Of a DNA stretch of 64,000 bases, positions 13,498-25,885 are shown piece by piece. The notes under the pieces are model-generated. The model had not been told where the DNA came from, made no database searches, and saw only the letters and a list, made by a program, of their open reading frames with translations. Made by a program: the position numbers and the translations under genes. The stretch comes from Vicugna vicugna (lineage: Eukaryota), in contig MU058289.1 in assembly GCA_013265495.1 (NCBI GenBank), forward strand, positions 2,293,451 through 2,357,450. The letters are read 5' to 3'. Numbering within the stretch: position 1 is the stretch's first letter; every line of letters starts with the position of its first letter.

Positions 13498-15101
13498 GGC
13501 GCGCGGCGGCGGGACCGCCCTGGGCCGGCCTCTGGCTGGGACCCAGGGAGTGGTTTCGGGTCTCCGGATCTCAAGACTGCCCGAGGCGTGCAAGCCAGGA
13601 CTAGGAGATTCCGGTGCCGCCTGAGAGCCTGGCCTGTCGCGCGTGCCCCTTGCCTTCCTCTGCGCCGGACACGGTGCGTCTAAGAGGGGTCAGGCATAGA
13701 GGGGAAGCGCCGTGGGGCTGAGCCGGGAGCCCGGCAACTCTAGTATTAAAGGAATAACCCTGTGCCTTGGAAACGCAAACTCACCGCTCCGATTCCTACC
13801 GAGTAGGGGGAGCAAATATGTGCCTTGTCATTTTATTTGGTGGGTTCCTGCCTCGCTCCCGAGGCTGCAGCAGGTCCCCCGTGAGAGAAGGAAGGATGCA
13901 GACCACCCGTAGGAGGAGGGTTCAGGGAGCAGAGATCCGATAAGCCAGCCCCAGCCACTCCTCAGTGCCTATCTTTGGAGGGGAGGCAACACAGGGACTT
14001 GGGGCTTTGAACCTAAGGTTGTTCCCCTAGTTCTATATGAAGGTGGAGGGTCCCGAGTTCCTTGCCTCTTAACTCCCAGCCTGCCACCGACTGGGCTCTT
14101 CCCCGTAGAACTCATTGAGATAGGCGTCACCAGGTGACCAGTGGGAGCCTCCCACCCCCAGTCAGATCAGAAAGCGAGGTGTGGGTTAGCTATGAGGACA
14201 TATGCTCATGGGAGCGGTGGCCCGATGTGAGAAGGGGAACCCAGAAATCTGGTCTGGGGTTGGAGGCAGGACTGGTGGTGAAGGGACACTGGGACCATCA
14301 GCCTTGTCTGTACTGTATGTTGCCAGCGTTGCCGTACAAACATGAAGCACAATCAGTCCATCCCGGAGGGACCGAAGTTATGAGAAGCTTTCCAAATATT
14401 TTGCTTTATCAGCCGATATCAACACTTGTATCTGGCCTCTCTGTGTCCCAGCGGTGCCTTGTGCAATGTGAATGTGCACGTCTGTGCTAAACCACCATTT
14501 TATTTGGTTTTTGTTTTGTTTTGGTTTTGCTCAGATACTTGCCAAAATGAGACTCTTCGTCAGCAGCTGCAGGGAGGGTCTGCGGCTCTCTTTCCTTTTG
14601 GTTTTGGGATGGCTTTTGCTCCCAGGGGAACCAAAGAGGCGAGGTGGGCTTCCCCTTTCCCCTCAGCTTTCCCTGGGGGTGGCTGTGGGCCTCAACCCCC
14701 TCCGGCCTGGGCTGCCCACAGGCTTGCCCCCCCAGAGGCCCTGGCTCCCGGTCTGAAAGGGAAGCGGCCTCCAGCCAGCACGCACAGATCAGATCACTGG
14801 GCCTGGGAGCAGGGAAGGCCAGCTTCTTTGGGGAGAACAGAGAGTTTCATGCTAGATGTTTTATGTATTATATCTATAATATAAACATATCAAAGTCAGT
14901 TTTGGTGTCTTTTTGAAACTAAAAAAGCTATGTCCAAGGTTTTCTGTGGGCCAGGTCACATTTGTAAATAATCACAGCGTATTCTCTGGCTGAGATCCTG
15001 ACTTTCATTAGCTCTCCACCCATCCTGAGCCCCTCTTTACATTAAGGGGGTGACTTCTCCCAATCAAGACAAATAAATGGCAGAAGGAGGGCAAGGCTCC
15101 A
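13498..15101 (+). other. CEBPA: CEBPA 3'UTR (~1.6 kb) with multiple miRNA seed matches
   Basis: Repeat-free sequence from the stop codon to the poly(A) region. Contains GTGCCTT x3, GTACTGTA, GTGCAAT, TTGCCAAA and ACATATCA. The last ~150 nt resemble the human mRNA 3' end as I recall it. Confidence 0.85.
15072..15077 (+). terminator. CEBPA: Polyadenylation signal AATAAA of CEBPA
   Basis: caagacaAATAAAtggcag...caaggctccaa, with likely cleavage at ~15100 and G/GT-rich sequence downstream. Confidence 0.88.
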
Positions 15102-18100
15102 AGCTGAGAATGCCAAAGCCGAAAGAGTGTCCGGGGTGGGGGGGTGGACAGCAGGGGTGTCACGGGGCCTTGGTGTGGCCTCTCATCAGCTGCTGGGAGG
15201 AGAAGAGGGACTCAGAGAAGGAGCCCTCTGCCTGAAGTGGCCGCGGCCTCTTTGGGACTCGGGCAGGCCTGGCCCAGGAGTTCCAGTTTCCAGGGGCCCT
15301 TTGACCACACTCAACCAGATCACTCACAGCTCCAGCTCTGGGGTGGCCTCACTCACACCTACCTGCCTTTGCCCCCCCAGCCCTCCAGCAGGACCGTGGG
15401 CGGGCAGGGAGAGGCCACAACTGGGAGGACCCTCCATCCCTTCCCACTTGCTCTGGGCCATGTGGCTGCAGCCAACCTCAGTGGGGCCCTCCCCACCTAC
15501 CTTGCCCAGGCCCACCCAAGAAGGGGCCCACGGTAGGCCTGCACTGGGTATCTGGCCCTTCCACACTTACGGCCCGGCCAGGAGCCAGTCCCATGTCCAC
15601 CACCCCACTGTGCCTACCCTGGACCAAGCCCCTCACACAACGACTGCCTGGTGAGAAGAGGCACCCGGCACCCCCTTGGCAGCAGTGATGGGCACCTGGA
15701 GGGGAGGGGTGCACACCCTCATGTCTGAAAGAACAGGGCCTGGGAGGAAGTAGCCTAGGAGGCTGGCAGGGCTGTCAGAGTTGACTCTCTCTAAGGGTAG
15801 AAAACTCTTTACCTTCTGTTTTTACCCCAACAGCGTTCACCTGAGCAGCGGACAGTAAATGCCAGTGTGGGCTGGGACTGTTTCGAGAAATCATACATTC
15901 TTTTAAAATTCTGAAAGCTTTTGCTTTATCTGCCTGCGTGGTTAACGGGGTGGCTTGTCCCCTTCCCGCACACCACACCCCCCCACCCTCTCCGTCCTGT
16001 GTCTTGCCACCTCCTCACCCATGGCCGCCCTTGGCGGAGGAAAGGCCACAGCAGCCCAGTGAGGAGGCGGCAGCCTGCCCTGCCACCTGGGAACCAAGGA
16101 GGCAGAGCCCCACTGCCTGCCTAGAGGCCTGGGGCAGGCCACAGCTTGCTAGGCCCCAGCAAACCCTCTCTGAGTTCAGTGCTAATTCCAGTTTTTCTTG
16201 TTTGAGGGGGCCAAGCCTCGGCTTCCCCCTTTGCCCCCAGAACAGATCCCAAGACAAGTGGGGGAGGGGCACCCCTTGCCCTCCCCCTCCCCCTCCCATC
16301 CCACTGTCCCATCTCCAGGGGTTTCCTCTCTCAAAGCTGTCAGTGCACAAAAGGGTACCCCTCCTGCCGCAGATCCTGAGGTCTAAGACAGGCTTTGCTG
16401 GGGACAAGACAGCCCCAGGAAAGGGATGGGGCTGGCGAGGTTCTCAGTGTGGCCCCCAGTAGACAGAGCAGCCTGCTAGAGGGGGAGGTGGCAGCTTGGG
16501 GTGACCTGCCTAGCACGTGCTCTGTGTCCAGCCAGAGGGACCCTCAGGGAAAGCCGCTCCTCACCACCCACTGCAAGGCCCCCCACAGTTCTCCTGAAGG
16601 CAGCCTTCGCTAAGACCTACTTCACGATCCTGGCACTAAACACACCTCAAATATTTATTGGATGCCTACTATGTCCCAGGGGAGTGCACAGGCTGGTGGC
16701 CCCAAGATGTGCGTCAAGGGTGATGGGGCAATAAGGGGAAGCTCAAAGTATGAATAGAGGCCACCAGGGAAGGCTTCCTGGAGGCAGCAGCTTTGACCCA
16801 AGACCTGGCCACGGACCAAGTCCAACATGCCTGGATGCCTCTGCCTTGCACTTTCCCACCAGAGGCACTAGGGACCTCCCCTACTCAGTAGGCCACTTGA
16901 GCCCAGTGTCCCCTGAAAGAACTGTTCAGGGGAGCCAGCTTCCAGGGAAGGAGCAAGGGCAGAAGGGAGAGAGGGAGGTACCCCTTTGGGCCAGATGCTT
17001 CCTGATGGTTGAGCGATGTCACCCTTATCTCCTGGATCTCCTGGGAATCTGTGAACATGGGGTTTGGCCATGACACCTGTGATGAGCCATTGGGACTGGT
17101 GAGGAGTGTCTGCCCCTCCCAGGTCTCCCGCCCCCTCCTTCCCAGGCAGGAACCTGCCAGGCCTCCTCCCAGATCTGCTGATTTCATGGGAGGAGAGGGG
17201 GCAGTGGTGGGGGAGATGTGGGAGGCCACTCATGGAGCAGGTCAAGGGGGAGCAGAAACCTTGACCTTGCTCAGCCACAAGGCCTCACCCTCCAGGCACC
17301 CACAGCCCTTCCACAGACACAGGGCAGCATCCCACCTGTTCCTTCCCTATGTCGATGGGTGGGCCAAGGCTTTTCTCTTCTTTTCTTTAAATAAAACAAA
17401 ACCACCAGCACCTTTGAAAGTACTTTCTTGTCTCTGTGAAAAGCTGTTGCTATCTGCCTTCTCTCAACACCTCCACTTCTCCCCTCCCCCATACCCCTCA
17501 CTGTGGATACAGGATTTGACGTAAGCGGAGACATAGGAAAGATACCAATTCATATCAAAGCATCCTAGCCCCATCCCAGAGCAATTAAAAAGCCAGATGG
17601 ACTCTCTGGGAAAACGGCATTAATAACTCGAACAATCTGTGCAGGCCGGCAGGGACCCAGGAGCTGGGGGTGGGGGCGGGGGGAGGCTGGGGTGCTGGAG
17701 CGTGAGCTCAGAGCAAGGTCTCAGCCGCGTTGTGGCCAGCTGGGGATGGGGCCGTCACAAAGGGATGCCTAGGTCTGGCCACAGCTGGGCTGTCCCCTCC
17801 AGCCCCGGCAAGGCCCACTATACACCCTGGATCCTGGTCGCTGTAGGCAGAGCCAGACAAATGTGGAACCCATTACTCAGGCAGCCACAGCCTCAGCCAG
17901 CCCCATTCTGGCACCCAAGAGCTTTCTGTCTCTTCACTTTTGTTATTTATTATTTATTATTTTTCTAGGTTTCTGGCCCCACCCACCTGAAACAGGCCTC
18001 CCTGGGTGCATGTCTCTCCAAGATGCCCTTTCTCTTCGTTAGCTGTGCCCAAGCCTACTGCCCATCCCTGAGAACAGCAGAAGATGGTGTTGGGGACCCC

Positions 18101-19499
18101 AAGGAGGCCTGAGCCCCAACGAGTTTCCCCGTAGATGACAGAATGGCAGACACTTTCGGCAAGACCAGCTGAGCTCTCAGAAGCTGGCATGATTGCTAGG
18201 GGAGCAGGGAGCAGGGGGTCTGCACTGCCTGGCTGCCTTGTGGGGCCTGGAAGGGGCTGAATGAGACCCACAGGAAAAGAACCTTCTGCTGCTCCGAAGA
18301 CTTTTCTAGGCAGAGCCAACAAGTCAAACTCTTCCATCGTCCCATTTTTCAGACGATGATTTGAAGACCAACCTAGGGTGGATTTAAAGACATGGTTTCC
18401 TTATCTCCAACAAGTTGAGATAGGAATTGGTGTTTTAAAAAAATCCTCTGTGATTCTTACACACCCAGAGAGCCGTTTGCTGAACTTCATCCTCCCTGAC
18501 TCCCTCTTCCCTGTCTCCTTGTTCCCAGCCTCCACTCTTACCCTCACCCTCCCTGGAAAATGTTCTCCCCAAGGTCACCATGTGCTCCTGGAGCCAAATC
18601 ACATGAACTAGCCTGGGATCCTGCCTTTCTTGGCCTCTTGCTGGGTTTGGCCCCAATGGACATCCAGAGTCTGGTCCACAGCAGGTCTTCAACACGTGTG
18701 TCTGAACACACAGATCTCACTGCAACTCATCTCCTTTAAAAAAGCATCCACACCTTCTCCTCTCCATTCAGGGGTCTGTTGGGTTGGCCTGAGGTCCACA
18801 AAGCAGAAGTTTGAGGGTTTAGAGGCAACAGAAGGGCACCGAAAATAAGGCCCCTCTGTGCTGGCCCACTCTAGGTTGAGTCTTTGCTTCTACAAAGTTC
18901 AGTTTTAAATGCAAGAATCCTAAGAAAGGTAATCTCTCCAGCTTTAGATAATCCTCAATACCTCTATGGGCTGAGCTTACCAGCAGGTTTAGCCAGGCCC
19001 CAAGGAGATGGTGCTCTGTGGGGAGTGTACCAGGAGGAGGGGAGAGGGTTGGGGAGAGGCAGTGCATTGCGCCCCAAGGCTGTCGGACCGAGCTGCTCAG
19101 GGCTCTGGGCTGCTGGAGTCACGGCATTGCTGCTGTAAAGGTCTTTCAGCCCTTGTTTCCCCTTTTGTGTCTCTTCTAGGCTGACTGGCAAAGTCGTTAT
19201 TGAGGGGCAATGGCCCAAGAGTGGGGGTATCAGTGGCCAAATGTGATGTCGTAGGGCCAGGCTGTGTCACCCAGTGACCCAGACAGGGTCTAAAAGGAGC
19301 CATCATGGCCTGTCCCAAGCCCTCTTGGATCTGATGCTATTTCTGCTCCTTGGCAAGTGGCAGCCAAACTTTCACCAGAAAGCAAGCCTCCCCTTCCTGA
19401 GCAGCCCCTGGCCCTACCCTACCCAGCCACGGAAGCCCCAGCAAGTCCTCCCCCTCCCCCAGCCAACCCAAACACTCTCCCGGCGCCCCCCAGGAATCC

Positions 19500-20010
19500 G
19501 AGCCACTCTGGCTGGTAAGGAAACGTGGCTGATTTATGGCGGCCCTTCCCGCACACGTTGGGCAGTCATCTCAGCTGAATGTGGCAGCAGAGCCCCGGCT
19601 CAGAGAACAGGGGGCCAGGGGTGTCAGGGATGGGGTTCCTGCCCCAGAGGGAGCCACCCGTGACCTTCAACATCAGGTTCGGACCCGTCTGAAGTAGCCT
19701 CCTCAAGTGATTTACAATTTGCAAACACGTTTTATTTGATCCCTCAGTTTTGCTAGAGCAATTACAGTGACTAAGCATGACAAATCACTCCCAACACGGT
19801 GTCTCCACGCTGTTAGGAAATGTGTTTGCTTCACTATTTTGCCTGGTGCGGCAACATTTTAAAAATAGACTCATTCACTGTCCTTGAAGGCAATTTGTTC
19901 CAAATTTTCCCACTAATTTGATTTTAATCTGATATTTAAAATTCGTGTGACCACAATCCCACTAATTTATAGGGAATAAGCCCTACCTGGCAGCAGTTTA
20001 ATTGGCCTTA
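19500..20010. promoter_or_regulatory. Candidate ortholog of the CEBPA +8 kb (mouse) / +9 kb (human) enhancer
   Basis: AT-rich unique island at +7.2 to +7.7 kb. PBX-HOX motifs TGATTTATGG (19530) and TGATTTAC (19708), FOX motifs (19721, 19823), TGACTAAGCA (19768), TTAAAAATAG (19859), GACCACA (19949). Confidence 0.68.
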
Positions 20011-20836
20011 GCCCAGGAGGCCACAGGACGAAGGATTTATCCTAGGACAACCTGAAGGCGTTGGTGGCCACACTGCTTAACTAGACGACTAATTCAGCGT
20101 TGCAAGTGCCACTTGCCTGGAGCCAGTAACAGTGAGTGTGGGCTGAAGGCCACAGCTGCCCTCCTGCAGAGCCCTGGCACATAGTAGGTCAACGGCCCTC
20201 ACTGAGCAGATGCAACCAGCCCAGGTGTCCTGGCCTGATGCACCCACTGCTGAACTGGGTGCTGGAGGAAAGCAGTTTGTCCACAGGTTATAAATAGCAA
20301 TGTCCTCTTTCTCCCATGCCAGGTCGGAATGGGCCATCAAAGTTGGGCCTGCAGCCCTGGCACCAACAGACTCCAGACTTCACTTCTTACTGTCTGTGGG
20401 GCCTCCACCACATCTCTTCATTTTTCTGAATTTCAGTTTCCTTTCATGCAAAAAGTATGCAAAACAAGCCCCACATCATCGAGTTGTGAAAGGTAAACAG
20501 GCAAAGCTTGTGAGACACTTGGCCAGGGCAGGAGGCAGAGTGGGCGTGGAGGCCACGCCTGGTCCCCGAAAAACTCTCCTGGAAGGAGACAGCCGTCTGA
20601 ATAATTTAGGGCAAAATCCTTGTACCCAGAATAACCCAATTTCTGAAGTCATTTTAATGTTGTCTAGATTTCTTTCCCCCCAGGATGCCTTCTGTTTTCT
20701 TAGGAAGCCCTTAATGAGTCCCCCTAGGGTGCAGAGCCCTCATGCCAGTGACCCTGAAGGCTGAGCCCAAGGTCAAGCCCTCCTCCCCTGCTCTCAGCAG
20801 AGCAGGCAAGGGTGCCTCATGGCTTGCCTAGTGTTC

Positions 20837-21120
20837 TTTTTTTCTTAAATTTTATTTTTTATTGAAGGTAGTCGATTGACAATGTTAGTTTCAGGTGTAC
20901 AGCAAAGCGATTCAGTTATACATATACATACATCTATTCTTTTCAGATTCTATGTTATCACAAGAAATTGAATATAGTTCCCTGTGCTATACAGTAGGTC
21001 CTTGTTGTTTATCTATTTTATATATAGCAATGTGTATCTGTTAATCCCAAGCTCTTAATTTATCCTGCGCTCTTTCCCCTTTGGTAAACATAGTTTGTTT
21101 TCTATGTCCGTGAGTCTGTT
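20837..21120 (-). mobile_element. LINE-1 3' end fragment
   Basis: T-rich start followed by ttattgaagg...tttcaggtgtacagcaaagcgattcagttatacat...gttccctgtgctatacagtaggtccttgttg, the antisense L1 3'UTR typical of artiodactyls. Confidence 0.88.
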
Positions 21121-23379
21121 AGTAAGAGGTTCTTGATACAAATGCGGAATCCCAGGGGACAATTCCTGGTCAGTGAGGACAAGCATCCTCATTTTGGGGG
21201 GGAGGGGGGTTCGGCTTCTCCAAACTCTGAGAGACCAACCCCTGTTACTGGTGGATGGAAGCAGGAGGATCTGCTGTGTGTGTCGGGAGTCGGGGGACAC
21301 TTACCACCCTCCCAGCCTCCCTCAGTTCCCCACTGGGTCATAGCGGTGTTTGGCCAACCAGCTGGTTCCCGTTTGCCGACCCAGGAAGTGAGGCGGGAGC
21401 CTGCCCTCTGCCCTGTGGGGCGGCCTGACTGGGCTCACACAACCAGGACAGCTCCTGGGGTCCAGGAGGGGTGAGGAGGCTTTGGCCAAGCTTCCCCAGG
21501 GCTGGGGCCTCCGGCAGGAAAGAGCTCGGGAACCTGTCCTGCTTCTCCCTTCGCTGCCGGGAAGGCCACCACGAGAGGAATCTGAGTTAATGAGCAAACT
21601 CCTCAGGCGAGGAAGGAAGGCGGCCTTCCTCTGGGGCACCTCCACCTCACAGCTCAAGCACAGGAAGCAGTTGGCCGCCACTTGTGAAGGGAGGGCAGCA
21701 GGGATGGAGAGGGGCCAGGAGGCCTTAAATCATTGGCTTGTTCACAGCCAGGTCAGCCGGGCTTGGTCCCAGGGAAGCAGAAAGGAGGGAAGGCAGGTCC
21801 GGGCTGGGGGGCCTCTCCCTGGGGAGAGTGTTGTCCTGTGCAGAGACGGGTGCAGGAGTGTGCTGTGTGCCTCCAGACTCGGGGCTGAGTCTGGGCCTCG
21901 GGCTGGAGGAGCGTTCAGGCCCAGGAACAGCAAAGGGTCCTCCCAAGAGCGATTCCCATGTTCACCAAGGCCTGACCTCTCTTTGAGCAGCAATCTCATC
22001 TGGGAGAGGTGGAAGCATGTGAGTCATGGGCCAGGTCCCTGAGCCCAGGGGAGGTGGGGACAATGGCTTTGAGCCCGAAATGTGTCAGAGGCAAGATGAG
22101 CATCTTGAGTGATGTGCCGTTTATGTAATTATGTGGAGCAGCACTGCCCAGGGTGTGTGTGAGCCCGACCAGAAAGGAGAGCAGCTGGCTTGGGTCCTCT
22201 ACTCGCTGGGTTGCACCCCAGGCCTTCCCAGAGGCCCAGATGCTCACCAAGGAGCCCATCTGCCAGTACCAGTGATGAGACCCGGGCAGGGGCAGGATCA
22301 GCACCTGGGTTCCTACGCTCCGTATCCAGTGGGAGGATCTAACTCTCTCCACCCCCAGATCCACCCAGGAAAGTAAAACGCTCATGTATTCCCAACACTC
22401 TCCCTACTGGCTTTAGTCCCTGACCTCCTCCTCCCCCACCTCCACCCAACATTCCTCAACTTAATTTACTTTAGTTTTTAATGTTTAAAATTAAATCAGC
22501 TGCACGTTGTTTGGAACATCTTTGGGAATTTCAGAAGTTGGAACAGCATGTCAGAGACATTGCAGAGCCAAGTTTGGGGACCCGCACGACCCCACCCCCA
22601 TCTTCGCTCATTGTGGAAGAGAGCGCCCTCTCTGCTCTCCCCAGGAGACAGGCTACTGGGATGGTACCCCCCCAGCACATTGGTTTTGAAGGACTTGCTG
22701 CTGGGGGTGGCAAAATGATTACACAAGCGCTGGGCCTGCATTCCCACCCACTGGGGGCGTGAGACCGTGAGTGTCCTCACCTCATCACACACCTGCTGTG
22801 TGACCAGGCGCCGATTTGGCAGCCTCTCTGTTTGAGCGTCTCTGAGAGGTGTGCCGAGATTCCCAGAGGCAAGATGATGAATGGGTGTCCCTGCAGAACA
22901 GAGCAACCACAAGAACCTGATCCCAGGACGAGTCACACTGAGGAGGACCAGGACCAGGCCACCTGGCAGCCGAGAGGGGAATGTGAGTCAGAAACCAACT
23001 ATCCACCTGCCAGCCCATCACTCTCCTGCCCAAGAGAGTTCAGGCTTGGAAGCCAGAGGGCTGGAGGACCAAGGGCTTCTGGAGCCCGGCTTCTAGATCC
23101 ATGCCATCCAGGTCACGGGTGATGCTGGTGGGCTGGACAATGAGGGATATTAGTGCTCCTTGGCTCATGTTGGGATGAGCATGAAGTCTGGGGACCCTAA
23201 GATGGTACCAGCATCATCAAGGCATCTTCAGCTTTGGCAAAGGGGTACTCTAGCATTACCTCCTCTTTCAGATCCCGCTCAGGAGACTGCAGCTGTGGTC
23301 ATCTCAGGGCTGCCCAAATAGCTCCTCAGAGGCAAAGGTGAAATCCAGCGGCAGGAGACAGGCAAGAGTTGATTTTTCG

Positions 23380-24660
23380 CCTTCTTCTTGTGTCCTTTGC
23401 TACATTGATCTTGGCATTGTACACCATGGCCCTTGGCCAAGAGGGGGCTGGGTCCAGAATCTCTTATCAGTATTCTTTGAGCTCTGGGTTGTCTGAAACA
23501 CGGTCCCATATCGCCAAAGCACAACTAACCATTAAATGGTCCAGTGCAACCTTTCATGCATTCATTCATCAGTTCCAGAAAATTCTTACCCATTAATCCT
23601 TGAAACATTGCTTCTGCTGCATGTCTTCTCTCGTCTCCTTCGGGGACAATGTTAATCATAGGTTACACTTTCTCTTCCTCTTTATCTCCTATCACCTCTT
23701 CCGTAGTTTCTTTTTGTCTCTATGCGCTACATTTGTGATTTCTTCTGACTTCTTTTCTCATTCCCTGATTCTCTCCTCAGCTACATTTCCTCGGCTAATA
23801 AACCTCTCCATGGAGTTCTTAATTTGGGTGATTGTTGTTTTTATTTCTAGAGACTCAATCCTTTTTTCACTTTTTATTGATTCCCATTGTTGGGGGTTTT
23901 TTTTAATCATTTTTATTGATTCCTATCCCCTGCATTTATTTTTAAGCATGTCCTATTTCTGTAAACATCATATGCACATTTCTTTCCTTTGAATTCTGAA
24001 GGGTCTATTTCTACTTCCTGTTTTCTTCTCCTAGGTTTTGCGGTAGTGCCTTATTATCTTGTGTGTCTGATCTTCTTTGAGTCTGTGCTGCTCACTGGGT
24101 TAGGGAAAAAATGTTTGAAAAAAATTTCAGGTTTAGGACCACAGTACCTTCCACTGGAGAGCATTTTTATTTGCTTCTGCCAAGCATCAAAGACACCTTA
24201 ACCAAACACCTTAACCAACCTTGAAGGCTGGAGGTTCCCCAGCTCACCCAGGGCATGAGACTTGATTGCGAGATCATGGGAAGGCTGGTCTACTTCTGGT
24301 TCACCCTCATCCTCAGGGTGTAGCCCTTTGGAGTTCCACATCAATGTGGGATGGTGTCTTATTATCGGGCCCCACCTGTGTGAGCTCTGGGATTTCACTT
24401 CTGTCTCTCTCATTTCATGAGGCTGTCAGAATAAAATTCAAATCTGTCAGGATCAGACAGTGCCTTGGGGGAAGACTGTGGCTTCTCCTCTTGCTCACTT
24501 GTCTGGATTCCTTTTCCCCCCAGTTTTGGCCTGGCAGTTCCCTTTGGTACTGCTAACTCTTTAGTGCTTTTAAACTATGTTAACATTTTTAGCCAGCATT
24601 TTTAGTTGTTTTCAGTGTGAGGATGGTTCCAAATCATCTAGCCTGCCATTCATGGAAGCC
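23380..24660 (-). mobile_element. Ancient L1/HAL1-like ORF1 remnant
   Basis: T-rich block in GC-rich surroundings (ttccagaaaattctt, tttttatttctagagactc, cagcatttttagttgttttcag). Confidence 0.6.
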
Positions 24661-24674
24661 AGAAGTGCTCCCTC

Positions 24675-25370
24675 AGTCACTCTGTGGGTATTTGTAAAGT
24701 GCCTACTGTGTGCCAGGCACTGTTCTGGGGCAGAGCAATAAATCAGACAGACAGAGCAGGTTCTCGTGGGGTCACTGTCTCTCTGGGGAGGCAGACAATA
24801 AACAGGAGTTACTCAACCGATTAGTTAATTACAGATGTGACATGCATTGGGAAGTAAGAAAACTTGGGAGTGATGAGAAGAAGCCTTGCCCACTTCTTGG
24901 GCTCAGGGAAGTCATTCTTAGGGATGTGATGTTTCAGCTGAGATCAGAGGAATCGCTGGGATTCGTAAGTAGTGGGGCTGGATTGAGAGAATCCAGGCAG
25001 AGGGAACAGCACGTACAAAACTCAACAGTAGGAACATGGCATTCTAGGGACTGAAGGATGTCCTTGTGGCCACAGCACATGGAGCAGGGCAGAGGGGGTG
25101 GGGGCCGGGGGCAGGAGGTGAGGTGGGAGGTCGGCTGGGTCAGACTCTCAGGCCCTCACAGGCAGGAGTTCAGACTTTGGTCAATAAGTCGAGAGCAACA
25201 GGAGCCACGGAGAGCATAGAGGTCAGGCTTGCCTGTTAGGATCTCCCTGCTGTGGTGTGGGGGCTGGATCACAGTGGGCAACAGGGCCTGGGTCAGGCCA
25301 GTGACGAGGCTTTGTAGCACAGAGGTGGGCAGATTCGAGAGATGTTTCGAGGATAAGAGAAGAACTGCCA
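24675..25370 (-). mobile_element. LINE-2 remnant
   Basis: gtgcctactgtgtgccaggcactgttctgggg, tccaggcagagggaacagcacgtacaaa. Confidence 0.72.
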
Positions 25371-25389
25371 TCAGGTTTGACCATAGCGT

Positions 25390-25885
25390 TGTCCCAGATC
25401 ATGCTGGTTATCTCCATTTGGTCTCAGATCCTCACTTCACCTGCTGTCTGCCCTGGGCGTCTGGCCTGTGTGGGACACACTGAGGGCCTCCCGGGCCTCT
25501 GGCTTCCTGTTGGGTTTGGCCAATGGTAAGAGATCAGAGGAAGGAAGAAGCAAGAGTCTGGGGCGTCTTCTCTCTCCTCCCTTCCTGCTTCAGCACCCCA
25601 TCTGCATATCCATGAAACTCCAGCTCCTCTCAGGCACCCTGTCCTCTGCTCTCCGTGATCCAGTTCTCATGGGGCTCTGGTGGCACAAATGCCTTTCCTC
25701 CCCCTGGCCCCCAGAGCCCTGTGGTGGTGACCACTGCTGCTGTGGCTGGTCTCTGGGGGCCTTGACACCCCTTCTTGATTCCCTCAACCCCGGTCACACC
25801 CCACAAACCATCCCTTTGTTAACATCCCTCCACTGGAAGCATCAGGGCTGAGTCTGATTTTCTGCCAAGGACCCTTGAGCGATCA
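25390..25885 (+). mobile_element. LTR33-like ERVL solo LTR
   Basis: ctctggcttcctgttgggtttggccaatgg...gagatcagagg core and ttttctgccaaggaccct terminal motif. Confidence 0.65.
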
